A DNA stretch of 64,000 nucleotides from a virus. Lineage: Duplodnaviria; Heunggongvirae; Uroviricota; Caudoviricetes. Each line of letters begins with the position of its first letter. The stretch's first letter is position 1. The position numbers and the translations under genes were made by a program. Positions 19,125 to 28,897 of this stretch are shown here, one piece after another. The notes below the pieces were generated by a model that was not told the origin of the DNA, searched no databases, and worked only from the letters and a program-made list of their open reading frames with translations. Where the stretch lies: positions 7,267 through 71,266 of IMG/VR virus record IMGVR_UViG_3300035701_000006. The stretch is one strand, 5' to 3'.

Positions 19125-19441
19125 TGCCCATTTCATTGGACAGTCATAGCCGGTTCAAGGAGACGCAGCCGATCGTCGTCGACGGCAAGGAGACGTTCGG
19201 GATGTGGAAGATCCCGTCGTTTCTGACGCAGCCGATGGACGAACAGCTCGACGTTGTCCGCGTGACAGTAGATAACACGAGGGCTGGGAGGATCGATCTT
19301 CTGGCCAGAGATCTGTACGGCTCCTATGTGTACGGGTGGATTCTTATCGCGTTCAACAAGCCGAAGAACCCGGTCGGTTGGCCCGCGACCGGCGAGGTTA
19401 TTCGGGCCCCTTCCGCTAACATAGTTCTTTCCAATCTCTAA
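19124..19441 (+). CDS. Baseplate wedge gp53/LysM-like protein
   Basis: GRIDLLARDLYGSYVYGWILIAFN...GEVIRAP. Confidence 0.7.
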   Translation: MPISLDSHSRFKETQPIVVDGKETFGMWKIPSFLTQPMDEQLDVVRVTVDNTRAGRIDLLARDLYGSYVYGWILIAFNKPKNPVGWPATGEVIRAPSANIVLSNL

Positions 19442-21615
19442 TGCGATCTACCCACCACCAAGACGGTGTTCAACAGGTCTGGGAGAAGTTCTTCACCGAC
19501 AGGACACGGAACCTCAACGAGCGGTTCCAGGGTGTCTACAGGGCCGTCGTAGTCGAAACTAATGACCCGCTGCGGCACCATCGCGTGCGGGTTAGGGTGC
19601 CAGAACTCCACAATCATGACCTCAAGGCTGAGAAGCTTCCGTGGGCCGTCATAAGCCCGTGGTTTGGCGGTAGCGGCTGTGGCTCCTGGGTCAGCCCGTC
19701 GATCAACGATCTGGTTTGGGTCGAGTTCGAAAAAAGTCATCCGTACTTCCCCATCGTCATCGGCTTTGCAAATCCGACGCGTAGGAAGTTCTATGTCCTG
19801 GAGTCGGTCTATGGCCAGACACCCGTCGCGGTGGATGTGACGGGGAAGCCCGCAGGAAAGCCGAAGCCGCAGGACTATCTAGAAGACTACATGCCTAAGG
19901 ATAACCGGCCGATGAGCGTCGGCTGGAGGGACAGATACGGCAGCTTCTTCGTCATGAATTCCGTCGGCTTCTTCCCCAAGGAGCATGACATCGATCCGAG
20001 CCCTGTCGGGCAGGATGCCATCTCGAAGAATGACTTCAACTCGTCGAAGGACAAGCCGGAGGTCAACGAGCCCGATACGAAACTGATCGCTCTATGCTCG
20101 AAGTACGGCCATTACATGGTCCTCAATGACGTAGGGTACTCCTGGAAGAAGGACGAGAAGAAGGATCCGGCTAAAGGCGAATTTGAGGGAGACTTCGACA
20201 AGGACTTCGAATTTGAGGTCAACCGCGCTCAGTACCTGCAGAGGCTGTTCAACGAGGACAAGCCTAAGGAGCGCGACCAGAGGCGCTTTGAGATCCGCAC
20301 CCGCTACGGACATAAGCTGGAGATGCGAGACGTCGGTTGGGGTAACAAGCCTGGAAGCACTCGCGAGAATGAATATTCTAAAAGTAGGCAGCAGATAGCG
20401 GAGACTCCGACGGAGGAGAAGGACGAGCGCTGGTTCAAGCTCAGGACCAAGGGCGGCCACCTCGTCCAGATGTGGGACTACGGCAACGACCCCGTCGACG
20501 ACGCGTACGTCAAGAGGGAGCTCATCAAGGAAGTTGGCGGGGCAACGGACGTCGACCAGGAAGACCAGTGGCAGGGACGCGGCGACGCTAGACAGATTCG
20601 GGTCGTGACGCGGTATGGATTCAAGTTCGTCCTTGATGATCGCGGGTCCGACAAGACGAACGCGACGGGGCTTGAGAATCCGCGCGGGAACGGCCTGTTG
20701 ATCAAGGGTCGCCGCAAGGCCTTTGATGACCAGAGAGGATTCGGCATAGAGTTCAACGAGAAGGACGCCATCAACTCCGTAAAGATGTACTCGCCGAAGT
20801 CGAAGGTCCTCGAGATCAACGACCGCTACGATTATATCATGCTGTGCACGGACATGGAGGGCCCCATCTCAGAACCCTGGCGGAACCTCTATGACAACGA
20901 GTTCACGCGTAGGCAGTCCATGACGTTCGATCCCGAGAGGAATACGTATCATCTGAAACTGGACAAGGCGAACGGATATATCCGGCTCGTTACGAAGGAG
21001 CAGCAAGGAATCGAAATGCGGGACGGAGTCGTCGGTGACACATGGGTTGAGACGCGGGATATTGAGGATCGCGGCCTTTGGTTCTCGAAGGATTATAGTG
21101 CCTCCGTGTTGAGGTCCAGGGAGGGCACGAAAATCTTCATCGTTATGGATGATGCTGGAAACAACCTGCTCATCCAAAACAATGAAGATGGTATTCTGCA
21201 GATTTATGCGAAAGGTCCGATCCAGATAAAGTCTGACGATAGCATTAGTATGGAAGCCAATACGATCAGTCTCAAGGCGAAACAGCAGATCCAGATGGAA
21301 GGCGGCGGTGCCCATGCGTCCCTGAAGGGAGGCGTGTTCGGCGCGGATGTAACGGCCAGTTTCCCGAAGGTCTTGGGATACCTACCCAAAGCAGCCCCAG
21401 GCACCGGTACCCAATCATCGGCACCCGTATCCTGCTCCCCGCCGAGCATCACCAGGAAGTCATGGGCTACGTTACGGCCTGACAAATTTGACAAAGATAG
21501 GGGGAGGATCTCTCAGACGAAGCCGACCGACTTCGCGGAAGTAGACATCAAGGTCATCAGGGGACAGTCATCGGGGACGAGCAGTGATAATACGGTTTCC
21601 AACGGGAATGTATGA
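19441..21615 (+). CDS. Central spike gp5/VgrG-like protein
   Basis: OB-fold motifs YRAVVVETNDPLRHHRVRVRVP, LPWA and SPSINDLVWVEFE..PIVIG, plus a C-terminal beta-helix-like region. Confidence 0.8.
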   Translation: MRSTHHQDGVQQVWEKFFTDRTRNLNERFQGVYRAVVVETNDPLRHHRVRVRVPELHNHDLKAEKLPWAVISPWFGGSGCGSWVSPSINDLVWVEFEKSHPYFPIVIGFANPTRRKFYVLESVYGQTPVAVDVTGKPAGKPKPQDYLEDYMPKDNRPMSVGWRDRYGSFFVMNSVGFFPKEHDIDPSPVGQDAISKNDFNSSKDKPEVNEPDTKLIALCSKYGHYMVLNDVGYSWKKDEKKDPAKGEFEGDFDKDFEFEVNRAQYLQRLFNEDKPKERDQRRFEIRTRYGHKLEMRDVGWGNKPGSTRENEYSKSRQQIAETPTEEKDERWFKLRTKGGHLVQMWDYGNDPVDDAYVKRELIKEVGGATDVDQEDQWQGRGDARQIRVVTRYGFKFVLDDRGSDKTNATGLENPRGNGLLIKGRRKAFDDQRGFGIEFNEKDAINSVKMYSPKSKVLEINDRYDYIMLCTDMEGPISEPWRNLYDNEFTRRQSMTFDPERNTYHLKLDKANGYIRLVTKEQQGIEMRDGVVGDTWVETRDIEDRGLWFSKDYSASVLRSREGTKIFIVMDDAGNNLLIQNNEDGILQIYAKGPIQIKSDDSISMEANTISLKAKQQIQMEGGGAHASLKGGVFGADVTASFPKVLGYLPKAAPGTGTQSSAPVSCSPPSITRKSWATLRPDKFDKDRGRISQTKPTDFAEVDIKVIRGQSSGTSSDNTVSNGNV

Positions 21616-22285
21616 TACGGTGCTGCCGAAGCTGCCCAGTGATTCTACGAGCATAACCTATACTATATCCAGCGAGGACCCTCCGCGATCGACGGAGACG
21701 TTCCAGGAGATCCCGATTGCCGAGGAAATCAAGGAAAGGCCAAAGCAGGAGTTCACGAGGGATGCCCTTGGTGAACTGGTCTTCACTGTCACGCAGGCGG
21801 CGCAGACTATAACCGGATCTGCCAAGAAGACATTCGAGGTGGGACAGCTTCTTGATTTCAGTCAGGATGTCGTAGCCGCCCCGACGACGACCTCTCCGTC
21901 GTACGTTGAAATCCGGCACGATACGAACAGGCTCGACCTGAGTTCCGTGGGGCTCAGCTCGGCTGAGGTCGTGGAATTGGTGGCGGCGTCCGAACTGAGA
22001 GAAGCGGAACTCGAGAAGCGGCTCACAGAGTTGATCGAGCAGACTGCTGACATTGAAGTGAGGATCGTGGAGAACCAGAAGAACATCAACGAGGTTCAGA
22101 AGACTCTCGACGCAGCTGAGACGGCTATAACGGAGACCGGTTCCATCATCGTCGATAAGCTACGGGCGAAGCTTCAGCAGCTTGAGGGCGAGAAGCAGAC
22201 GTTACTTAACCAGCTGTCGACGTATGATACCCTGACGTCGCAGACGAGAGATGAGATGCTCAAGGTGAGTCAGCTCGTGAGGTAG
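21584..22285 (+). CDS. Hypothetical coiled-coil baseplate-region protein
   Basis: C-terminal heptad-rich region. Confidence 0.5.
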   Translation: MIIRFPTGMYDTVLPKLPSDSTSITYTISSEDPPRSTETFQEIPIAEEIKERPKQEFTRDALGELVFTVTQAAQTITGSAKKTFEVGQLLDFSQDVVAAPTTTSPSYVEIRHDTNRLDLSSVGLSSAEVVELVAASELREAELEKRLTELIEQTADIEVRIVENQKNINEVQKTLDAAETAITETGSIIVDKLRAKLQQLEGEKQTLLNQLSTYDTLTSQTRDEMLKVSQLVR

Positions 22286-22287
22286 CT

Positions 22288-22698
22288 ATGGCGACATGGT
22301 TCGGATATAACGCGCCGTTTTACAACCCTGGCGGCAAGCCGTTGCAGAGGCAGGAGGACGCTCGTCTTATCAAGAACGACCTGCTTCAGCTCCTGCTGAC
22401 CGTTCCAGGCGAGCGGTATAATGCGCCGGACTTCGGCGTGAACTTGAGGAACTATACGTTCGAGATGATCGACGAAATTGGATTAACGCTGCTTAGGGAC
22501 GAGATCGCGTCGAAGATCGCGCTTTACGAACAGCGCGTCACGGTCAAGAACATCGACATTTCTGGGGAGCCGGACAAGAACTTCATGACGATCAAGATAT
22601 TCGGATCATTGAACACTTTGCAGAACATTGACTTCAACGCAGAGCTGAATATCCCCTTGGTGACGACGGTAACTGCAGCGCCCCAGCAGCTGAGGTAA
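22288..22698 (+). CDS. gp25: Baseplate wedge gp25/GPW-like protein
   Basis: LLQLLLTVPGERYNAPDFGVNL...IALYEQRV. Confidence 0.9.
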   Translation: MATWFGYNAPFYNPGGKPLQRQEDARLIKNDLLQLLLTVPGERYNAPDFGVNLRNYTFEMIDEIGLTLLRDEIASKIALYEQRVTVKNIDISGEPDKNFMTIKIFGSLNTLQNIDFNAELNIPLVTTVTAAPQQLR

Positions 22699-22699
22699 T

Positions 22700-24292
22700 A
22701 TGGCGACAGAGAATACGATCATCAAGCTGCCGACATCCGTGGAAGAGATCGCGGTCTTGCTGCCGCCTTCTCAGCTGCGGAGGCTGGACTTCAGTGCCCT
22801 TGAGTTCACGTCGCTGAGGCGGGCAGCCGTGGAATATCTCAAGACGTACTTCCCGAGCGATTTCAACGATTACGTGAAGAACAACGGGATCATCATGCTC
22901 GTGGAGCTCGTTTCTGGAATGGCGGCCCTTCTGGCTATGCGCGAGGACATCCTCGCGCGCGATGGCTTCATATCGACTGCAGAAGACGAGGAGGCGGTTA
23001 GCAATCATCTGCAGCTCATCGGCCAAGCTTTTAGGCGAGCAACCTCGGCTGTCGTGGACGTTGAGGTGTCGATCGGAATCGCTGCGCCGACGGATATCAT
23101 CATTCAACCGGGCTTGCGGTTTACGTTGTCCGGTCCCGACGGGCAGCCGCTCTATTATGAAGTCTTCAGGGCTCCGAATGATTTCAAGAGCAATATCCAG
23201 ATTCCGTCCGGCAAGCGGGGTATTGTTGCCTACGGAATAGAGGGCAAGTTTGGTGACCCTATCGTCGCAATATCAGCCGGCGGTCCCGATCAGATCGTGG
23301 AGATCGTCGCCGCGAACGTCCTTGATGAGCCTATCATCATCGACGTGACGACGGGAGCAACGACGGTGACCTGGCGCAGGGTCAGCTTCCTTGAGCAGGC
23401 CGGTCCCAATGATGAGGTCTTTGAGGTTCAGTTCACGTCGGATGGCGTCATGATCAAGTTTGGGAATGACGTAGCCGGTAAGGCGCCTCTAGCCGGACAG
23501 GGTATTAAGATCAGCTATCGGCAGGGTGGAGGGGTCCGCGGAAGGATCCCCGCTAACGCGATCAATGAGACGAGGCCGGTCCGTCCTCTTCCTCCTGCCA
23601 GCGCTGCGGTGGAGGTGCTACTCAGGAACCTTCAGCCGTCGTCTGGTGGCGAGGACAAGGAAACGCTCGACAACGCGAAAAAGCGCGCTCCGAGGGATTA
23701 CGCTACGCACAACAATGCGGCTACGGCGCTGGACTACGCAGAGATCGCTTCGACCTTCTCGCACCCCGTCTATGGCGCGGTGCTCAAGGCAGTAGCGACG
23801 ATATTGACGAACATCAATGCAAACCTGGTGGACGTTTATGTCCTGGCGGCGGGTCCCAATGACGTTCCAGTGACGCCGAGTACTGGGCTGAAGGAAGGGC
23901 TCAGGTCGTTCCTTCGAGACAACAACGTCATGACGGACGACGTTTCCGTCAAGGATGGTGGAGTCAAGCCGGTGCCGATCGAGATGGTCGTCGTCGTCAG
24001 TAGGAGCGGCGACGCGCCGACGGTGAAGGAACAGGTGAATTCTGCGATCTCTTCGTTCTTCGATATCGCGAACAGGGACATGGGCGCTGGTATGGACATC
24101 AGCCCGTTCCAGACCCTGATTCAGCAGATTCCTGGTGTCAAGAACGTGAACCTATATCAGCCGGCCGACGACATCATTTCGACGAAGAGCGCGTTTGAGG
24201 ACGCACCGAACAGGATAGGGTATGCTCAGTTGCTCACGCTTGGTGCTCAGAACGTCAAGTTCTATCTCGAGAAGCCGCCGGGCGGCAGATGA
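22700..24292 (+). CDS. Baseplate wedge gp6/J-like protein
   Basis: LDFSALEF, FPSDFND, IKFGNDVAGKAP, YRQGGGVRG, GGEDKETL...RAP and TALDY. Confidence 0.85.
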   Translation: MATENTIIKLPTSVEEIAVLLPPSQLRRLDFSALEFTSLRRAAVEYLKTYFPSDFNDYVKNNGIIMLVELVSGMAALLAMREDILARDGFISTAEDEEAVSNHLQLIGQAFRRATSAVVDVEVSIGIAAPTDIIIQPGLRFTLSGPDGQPLYYEVFRAPNDFKSNIQIPSGKRGIVAYGIEGKFGDPIVAISAGGPDQIVEIVAANVLDEPIIIDVTTGATTVTWRRVSFLEQAGPNDEVFEVQFTSDGVMIKFGNDVAGKAPLAGQGIKISYRQGGGVRGRIPANAINETRPVRPLPPASAAVEVLLRNLQPSSGGEDKETLDNAKKRAPRDYATHNNAATALDYAEIASTFSHPVYGAVLKAVATILTNINANLVDVYVLAAGPNDVPVTPSTGLKEGLRSFLRDNNVMTDDVSVKDGGVKPVPIEMVVVVSRSGDAPTVKEQVNSAISSFFDIANRDMGAGMDISPFQTLIQQIPGVKNVNLYQPADDIISTKSAFEDAPNRIGYAQLLTLGAQNVKFYLEKPPGGR

Positions 24293-24580
24293 TCACCTCT
24301 GGCGGTCGATCCTCAAGTCCTGGTCCATCATCTCTCTGAACTTTCTTGTCGCGTAGGCAGCGAGGCGTGCTGCGTCATATACGTGCCCACGGAAGAAGAC
24401 GATGGGTTCTAGCGGCTGAGATTTATGAACAGCGATGACGACGACATTGTTGTAGTCGTCACCAAGCGCTCCTGCGACAGCCTTCGTCGTGGCATCTGCG
24501 AGGCTCTTGTGTGCTGTCGTCGTCTTGGTAACGAGCTTGCGGATCGCGGCGCTCGTCTTCTCACCCTTTGAGCCCTTCAT
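24293..24580 (-). CDS. Hypothetical protein
   Basis: ORF with SD AAGGAGG. Confidence 0.5.
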   Translation of the reverse strand: MKGSKGEKTSAAIRKLVTKTTTAHKSLADATTKAVAGALGDDYNNVVVIAVHKSQPLEPIVFFRGHVYDAARLAAYATRKFREMMDQDLRIDRQR

Positions 24581-24598
24581 AAACCCTCCTTTATTGGG

Positions 24599-25354
24599 TT
24601 GTCGTATTTTATGCTCATGAGTGAAATACAGGACCCTAAGATAGCGAAGCTATGGTCTATTTACCAGTCCGCGATGTGGTACGTAGCAGGCAGGCGCGTG
24701 AATCTACCAAAGAATACGGATCCGACGAAGACGTACCAGTACCGCTGGATGCAAGGGTTTGACAAGCAGCTTCACGTCATCGGCGCTGGGGATGCTCTTG
24801 CGGAGAAGATGATCTATGCCGTCGTCCGCTGGGCCAAGTCGCGTAACAAGCTGCAGATGGGGGCATCTATCCTTGCGATGCAGAAGGTCCTGCAGATCTG
24901 CCACGAGTCGCTCATCAAGGAAAGACACGCGGTCGTCGATTTCGGTCGTGAGCTCTTAGACAGTAAGAACTTCATTCTTCGCGAATGCGGTGGTCACCTT
25001 CGGCTGGAGGTCCTTGTACAGCAGAAGGCTGGCGGCTACGCAAACATCGTTTACTGGCTGAAGTCCAACAAGGTCTCATTCAACTACGCTTCTTTGTCCA
25101 GGATCTGCCACGATGCACTTAACGTCATCGAGCGCAGAGATCCGGACCAGCGCCGCGAGATGCCATCAAACCTGGAATTTCTGAAGCGCAGGCTTCGTAT
25201 CTTATCTAGCGACCTCTTGCAAGGCATCGTCATCAACGAGCTGGCTGAGGACTTCATCGGAGGCCGTCATGAAATTCGAGCGGTTCTTCACGGAAAACAG
25301 CGATCTGGAATCCTTCACGCAGTGGAAAAAGGTAGACGTCAGACTCAAGGATGA
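24599..25354 (+). CDS. Hypothetical protein
   Basis: 251-aa ORF overlapping the nrdJ start. Confidence 0.45.
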   Translation: MSYFMLMSEIQDPKIAKLWSIYQSAMWYVAGRRVNLPKNTDPTKTYQYRWMQGFDKQLHVIGAGDALAEKMIYAVVRWAKSRNKLQMGASILAMQKVLQICHESLIKERHAVVDFGRELLDSKNFILRECGGHLRLEVLVQQKAGGYANIVYWLKSNKVSFNYASLSRICHDALNVIERRDPDQRREMPSNLEFLKRRLRILSSDLLQGIVINELAEDFIGGRHEIRAVLHGKQRSGILHAVEKGRRQTQG

Positions 25355-28300
25355 AGAGACGGGTAAGGTCATCTACGACGTGAAGGGAGTGTGCGTTCCA
25401 GAGAAATACAGCAACGTGTCCGTTAACATTCTGGTCGGCAAGTACTTCCGGATGACTGGAGTGCCGAATAGCGTCGAGCCAGTGAACGAGAAGAACTTGA
25501 AGGGTCAGGACTTTCCCGATTGGCTCCGCAGGCGCAAACCAGTCTCTTCCAGCACGCCAGGGCCTGAAACGCACGCGCTCCAAGTCTTCACGAGGATGGC
25601 CGGGTTCTGGACATACTGGGGTTGGATGTACGGCTACTTCGACGAGGAAAAGGACGCCCGAGCGTTCTTCGACGAGAGCGTCTTCATGCTGGCGAACCAG
25701 ATCGCCGCGCCGAACACGCCGCAGTTCTTCAATTCCGGCATCTACTGGGCCTACGGTTATAAAGGAGAGCCCAAGGGTTACTGGCGCGTGGACCCGGTGA
25801 CTGGCGAATGTAAGCCGACGGACGGCCAGTACGAGTTCCCCGGCGTGCATGCCTGTCATCTTCTCGGCATCGGCGACCATCTCTTCTGCCCGGGTGGCGG
25901 CAACGGCATCTACGACAACGTGGTCATAGAGACGCGGTGCTTCGCCCAGGGCGGCGGGTGCGGATCGAACTTCTCGACCATCCGATCGAAGTACGAGAAG
26001 CTCAGTAACGGGAGTCATGCAACTGGGCTCATGAGCTTCCTGAAGGTTCTCGACAGGAGCGCGAGCGTCATCAAGTCGGGTAATTCCCAGCGCCGCAGTT
26101 CTAAGATGAACATCGTGAACATCGACCATCCGGAGGTCGAGGACTTCATCGACTGGAAGGTCAAGGAAGAAGAGAAGGTTGACGCGCTTATCACTGCCGG
26201 GTACAGCAACCACTACGAGGGAGAGGCTTATCAGACGGTCTCCGGTCAGAGCTCTAACAACTCGATGCGGATTCCTAACCGCTTCATGGAAGCCGTCGCG
26301 AAGGACGAGGACTGGTCCTTGGTCGCGAGGACGACGGGCGAGTCGACCAAGAAGGTGAAGGCCCGCAAGCTCTGGGAGCAGATCGTCAAGGCTGCTTGGA
26401 GGACAGGCGATCCTGGCGTCCAGTACGACGACCACCACAACGACTGGAACACGTGTCCTGCCGACGGACGCTTGACGACGACGAACCCATGTAGCGAATA
26501 TTCGTTCATCACGGACAGTTCATGCAACCTTGCGAGCCTCAACGCCCAGGCCTTCTTCGATCCCAGCAGGAACGATGAAGGCATTTCCCTGGGGTTCGAT
26601 AGGGACGGATTCGCGTACGCCGCGAAGCACTGGGCAACCGTGCTTGACATAACGAACTCCGCTGCGCATCTGCCGTCCAAGGCCATTGCGGAGGGAACGT
26701 TCAAGTATAGGTCGATTGGCCTCGGCCATACGGGCATCGGCGCGGTCCTTATGCAGGCCGGTATCCCCTACGATAGCGACAGGGCATGTCACATCGTGGC
26801 GTCGTTGACCTCGCTCATGACAGCCGCTGCCTACTTCAGGAGCGCAGAGCTTGCACAGTCGCTGGGTACGTTCCCGCGCTTTCAGGCCAACAAGGACCAG
26901 ATGTTATCGGTCCTATCGCGCCACGCACTGCTCACGGCGGGAAAGCCGATTGACCTCAAGACGACATATTGGATCATAGGCAACGTGCCGGGATGTTCCG
27001 AGATGCGCGATGCGGCGATCGCGCTATGGGACAAGGTCCTGGTCATGGGTGCGACATACGGGTTTCGCAATGCCTTCACTACGCTGATAGCCCCGAGCGG
27101 CACGATTGGGCTGCTTCTAGGATGCGACACGCTTGCCATAGAACCCGACTTCTCTATTGTGAAGTTCAAGAAGCTGTCCGGCGGCGGCACAATGAAGATC
27201 GTTAACGAATCGCTGAGCAAGGCCCTCGGGAACCTCGGGTACGCACCGGATCAGATCAAGGACATCCTGGCACACGTCCTTGGACACAACACCCTGGAAG
27301 GGGCCCCGAAGATCAACCGCGAGTCCTTGCTCGGTCTCGGCATCTCGCGCGAGGACGTCGACAAGATGGAGAAGAGCCTGGTCGGCAGTACGGAACTTAG
27401 ATATGTCCTGTCCTTCCAGACGCTATCTGACGAGTCTAAACATGACGCCGTGATCGAAGCGTCTGACAAGAACATCTTCAAGAGGCTATTCACCAAGGAG
27501 GACTACGTCGAGGCTAACTTGTGGATCTGCGGCCACGGGGCCCTTGAAGGTGCCCCGCATATCAGACCGGAGCACCTGCCGGTCTTCGACTGCGCTAATA
27601 AGAGCGGCTCCGGCAAGCGCTTCATTCGGCCTGAGGCCCATGTCAAGATGATGGCGGCCGTGATACCGTTCATTAGCGGGGCGATCTCGAAGACGGTTAA
27701 CCTACCAAACACCGCGACGGAGGCCGACGTAAGCGGGATCTATATGATGTCGTTTAAGGAGGGCGTGAAGTGCATCGCTCTTTATCGCGACGGGTGTAAG
27801 CGGTCGCAGCCGCTGAACAATCCTGGTGATATGTCCTGGTGGGATGATTCAGCCTCACGGGCTAATGAGACCGTCCTGCGCGGTCAGCGCAAGCGCCCGC
27901 CGAAGAAGCGTATCGGAATAACGCAGGAGTTCAAGATCTATTCGGACAGCGGTGAGCATAAAGTTTGGGTGCAGACAGGCGAGTACGAGGACGGCCAGCT
28001 CTGTGAGATCTGGATAGACGTCAGCAAGGAGAACACAGACTTCCAGCGCGCCATGAAGTGGTGGGCCCGCGGCGTCAGCAACGCCATTCAATACGGACAG
28101 CCGCTTGAGGAGATCGCTGCGAGCTTCGTCCTCGAGGAGGGCGGCCCATCTGGCCGCACGGACAACCCGTACATCACGTTCTGCAAATCGATCCCGGACC
28201 TCGTGTTCAAGTTCCTGTCGATGGAGTACCTTGCGGACTTCAACTGGTGTCGTAAGAAACCGCCGATCCATGAACTGCGAGCGAGTCACTCGCAAAAGTT

Positions 28301-28487
28301 ACTTACGGACATTGGTAAGAAGTACCAGGCTTCTAAGAAGGTCTTCCACCGTGTTGATGCACCGGTACTCACGGTTCATGTACGATCTCTCGACAGATGT
28401 CCGATCTGTGGCTCTACGAACATCATTCCGTTCCCATGCGCGACGTGCGCTTCCTGCGGTGCGACGCTTGGAGGGTGCAGTCCCTAG
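25269..28487 (+). CDS. nrdJ: Class II (adenosylcobalamin-dependent) ribonucleotide reductase
   Basis: HACH, GGCGSNFS, TNPCSE, SCNLASLN, IAPSGTIG, IEPDF, GAISKTVNLP, YRDGCKRSQPL, a TSCPD-like C-terminal domain and a terminal CxxC..CxxC. Confidence 0.95.
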   Translation: MKFERFFTENSDLESFTQWKKVDVRLKDEETGKVIYDVKGVCVPEKYSNVSVNILVGKYFRMTGVPNSVEPVNEKNLKGQDFPDWLRRRKPVSSSTPGPETHALQVFTRMAGFWTYWGWMYGYFDEEKDARAFFDESVFMLANQIAAPNTPQFFNSGIYWAYGYKGEPKGYWRVDPVTGECKPTDGQYEFPGVHACHLLGIGDHLFCPGGGNGIYDNVVIETRCFAQGGGCGSNFSTIRSKYEKLSNGSHATGLMSFLKVLDRSASVIKSGNSQRRSSKMNIVNIDHPEVEDFIDWKVKEEEKVDALITAGYSNHYEGEAYQTVSGQSSNNSMRIPNRFMEAVAKDEDWSLVARTTGESTKKVKARKLWEQIVKAAWRTGDPGVQYDDHHNDWNTCPADGRLTTTNPCSEYSFITDSSCNLASLNAQAFFDPSRNDEGISLGFDRDGFAYAAKHWATVLDITNSAAHLPSKAIAEGTFKYRSIGLGHTGIGAVLMQAGIPYDSDRACHIVASLTSLMTAAAYFRSAELAQSLGTFPRFQANKDQMLSVLSRHALLTAGKPIDLKTTYWIIGNVPGCSEMRDAAIALWDKVLVMGATYGFRNAFTTLIAPSGTIGLLLGCDTLAIEPDFSIVKFKKLSGGGTMKIVNESLSKALGNLGYAPDQIKDILAHVLGHNTLEGAPKINRESLLGLGISREDVDKMEKSLVGSTELRYVLSFQTLSDESKHDAVIEASDKNIFKRLFTKEDYVEANLWICGHGALEGAPHIRPEHLPVFDCANKSGSGKRFIRPEAHVKMMAAVIPFISGAISKTVNLPNTATEADVSGIYMMSFKEGVKCIALYRDGCKRSQPLNNPGDMSWWDDSASRANETVLRGQRKRPPKKRIGITQEFKIYSDSGEHKVWVQTGEYEDGQLCEIWIDVSKENTDFQRAMKWWARGVSNAIQYGQPLEEIAASFVLEEGGPSGRTDNPYITFCKSIPDLVFKFLSMEYLADFNWCRKKPPIHELRASHSQKLLTDIGKKYQASKKVFHRVDAPVLTVHVRSLDRCPICGSTNIIPFPCATCASCGATLGGCSP

Positions 28488-28490
28488 GCC

Positions 28491-28688
28491 ATGAGCGAGA
28501 ATATCGTGGTCAAGAGTACGAAGCAGAAAATGCAGGCACTTCTTAACGCGCTCAAGGAGAATTCACTCACCATATTGGGCACGATGTGGGTAGGAGACAA
28601 CAACGTCCTTATCCGCGTGAATCAGTCAGGGGCTGTCCCCGTCGCCAAGAAGATGGGATACGACGTTGTCAACTCTTGGGTTGATTAG
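28491..28688 (+). CDS. Hypothetical protein
   Basis: Short ORF directly after nrdJ. Confidence 0.4.
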   Translation: MSENIVVKSTKQKMQALLNALKENSLTILGTMWVGDNNVLIRVNQSGAVPVAKKMGYDVVNSWVD

Positions 28689-28690
28689 CC

Positions 28691-28897
28691 ATGGGCGATG
28701 AACTGAATTATGGCACGGTCCGCGTGATCAACGCCTTCGAACTTGATCGCGAGATGGACAAGCGCCCAGGCTGGAGGGTCATTAGCGTTAATGTAAACTC
28801 GTTTGGTGGCATGGGGTATCTCGTCTGGATAGAGCGAATAAAGAAAGTGGAAAAATCGGTCGAGTTCCAAGCTCTCGAGAGGGCTGAATCCGCTTAG
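28691..28897 (+). CDS. Hypothetical protein
   Basis: Short coupled ORF. Confidence 0.35.
   Translation: MGDELNYGTVRVINAFELDREMDKRPGWRVISVNVNSFGGMGYLVWIERIKKVEKSVEFQALERAESA

Noticed and set aside
6022-24292. Bacterial extracellular contractile injection system or tailocin
   Set aside because: Terminase, portal, protease, scaffold, capsid, primase, helicase and RNR are in the same window, which indicates a complete phage.
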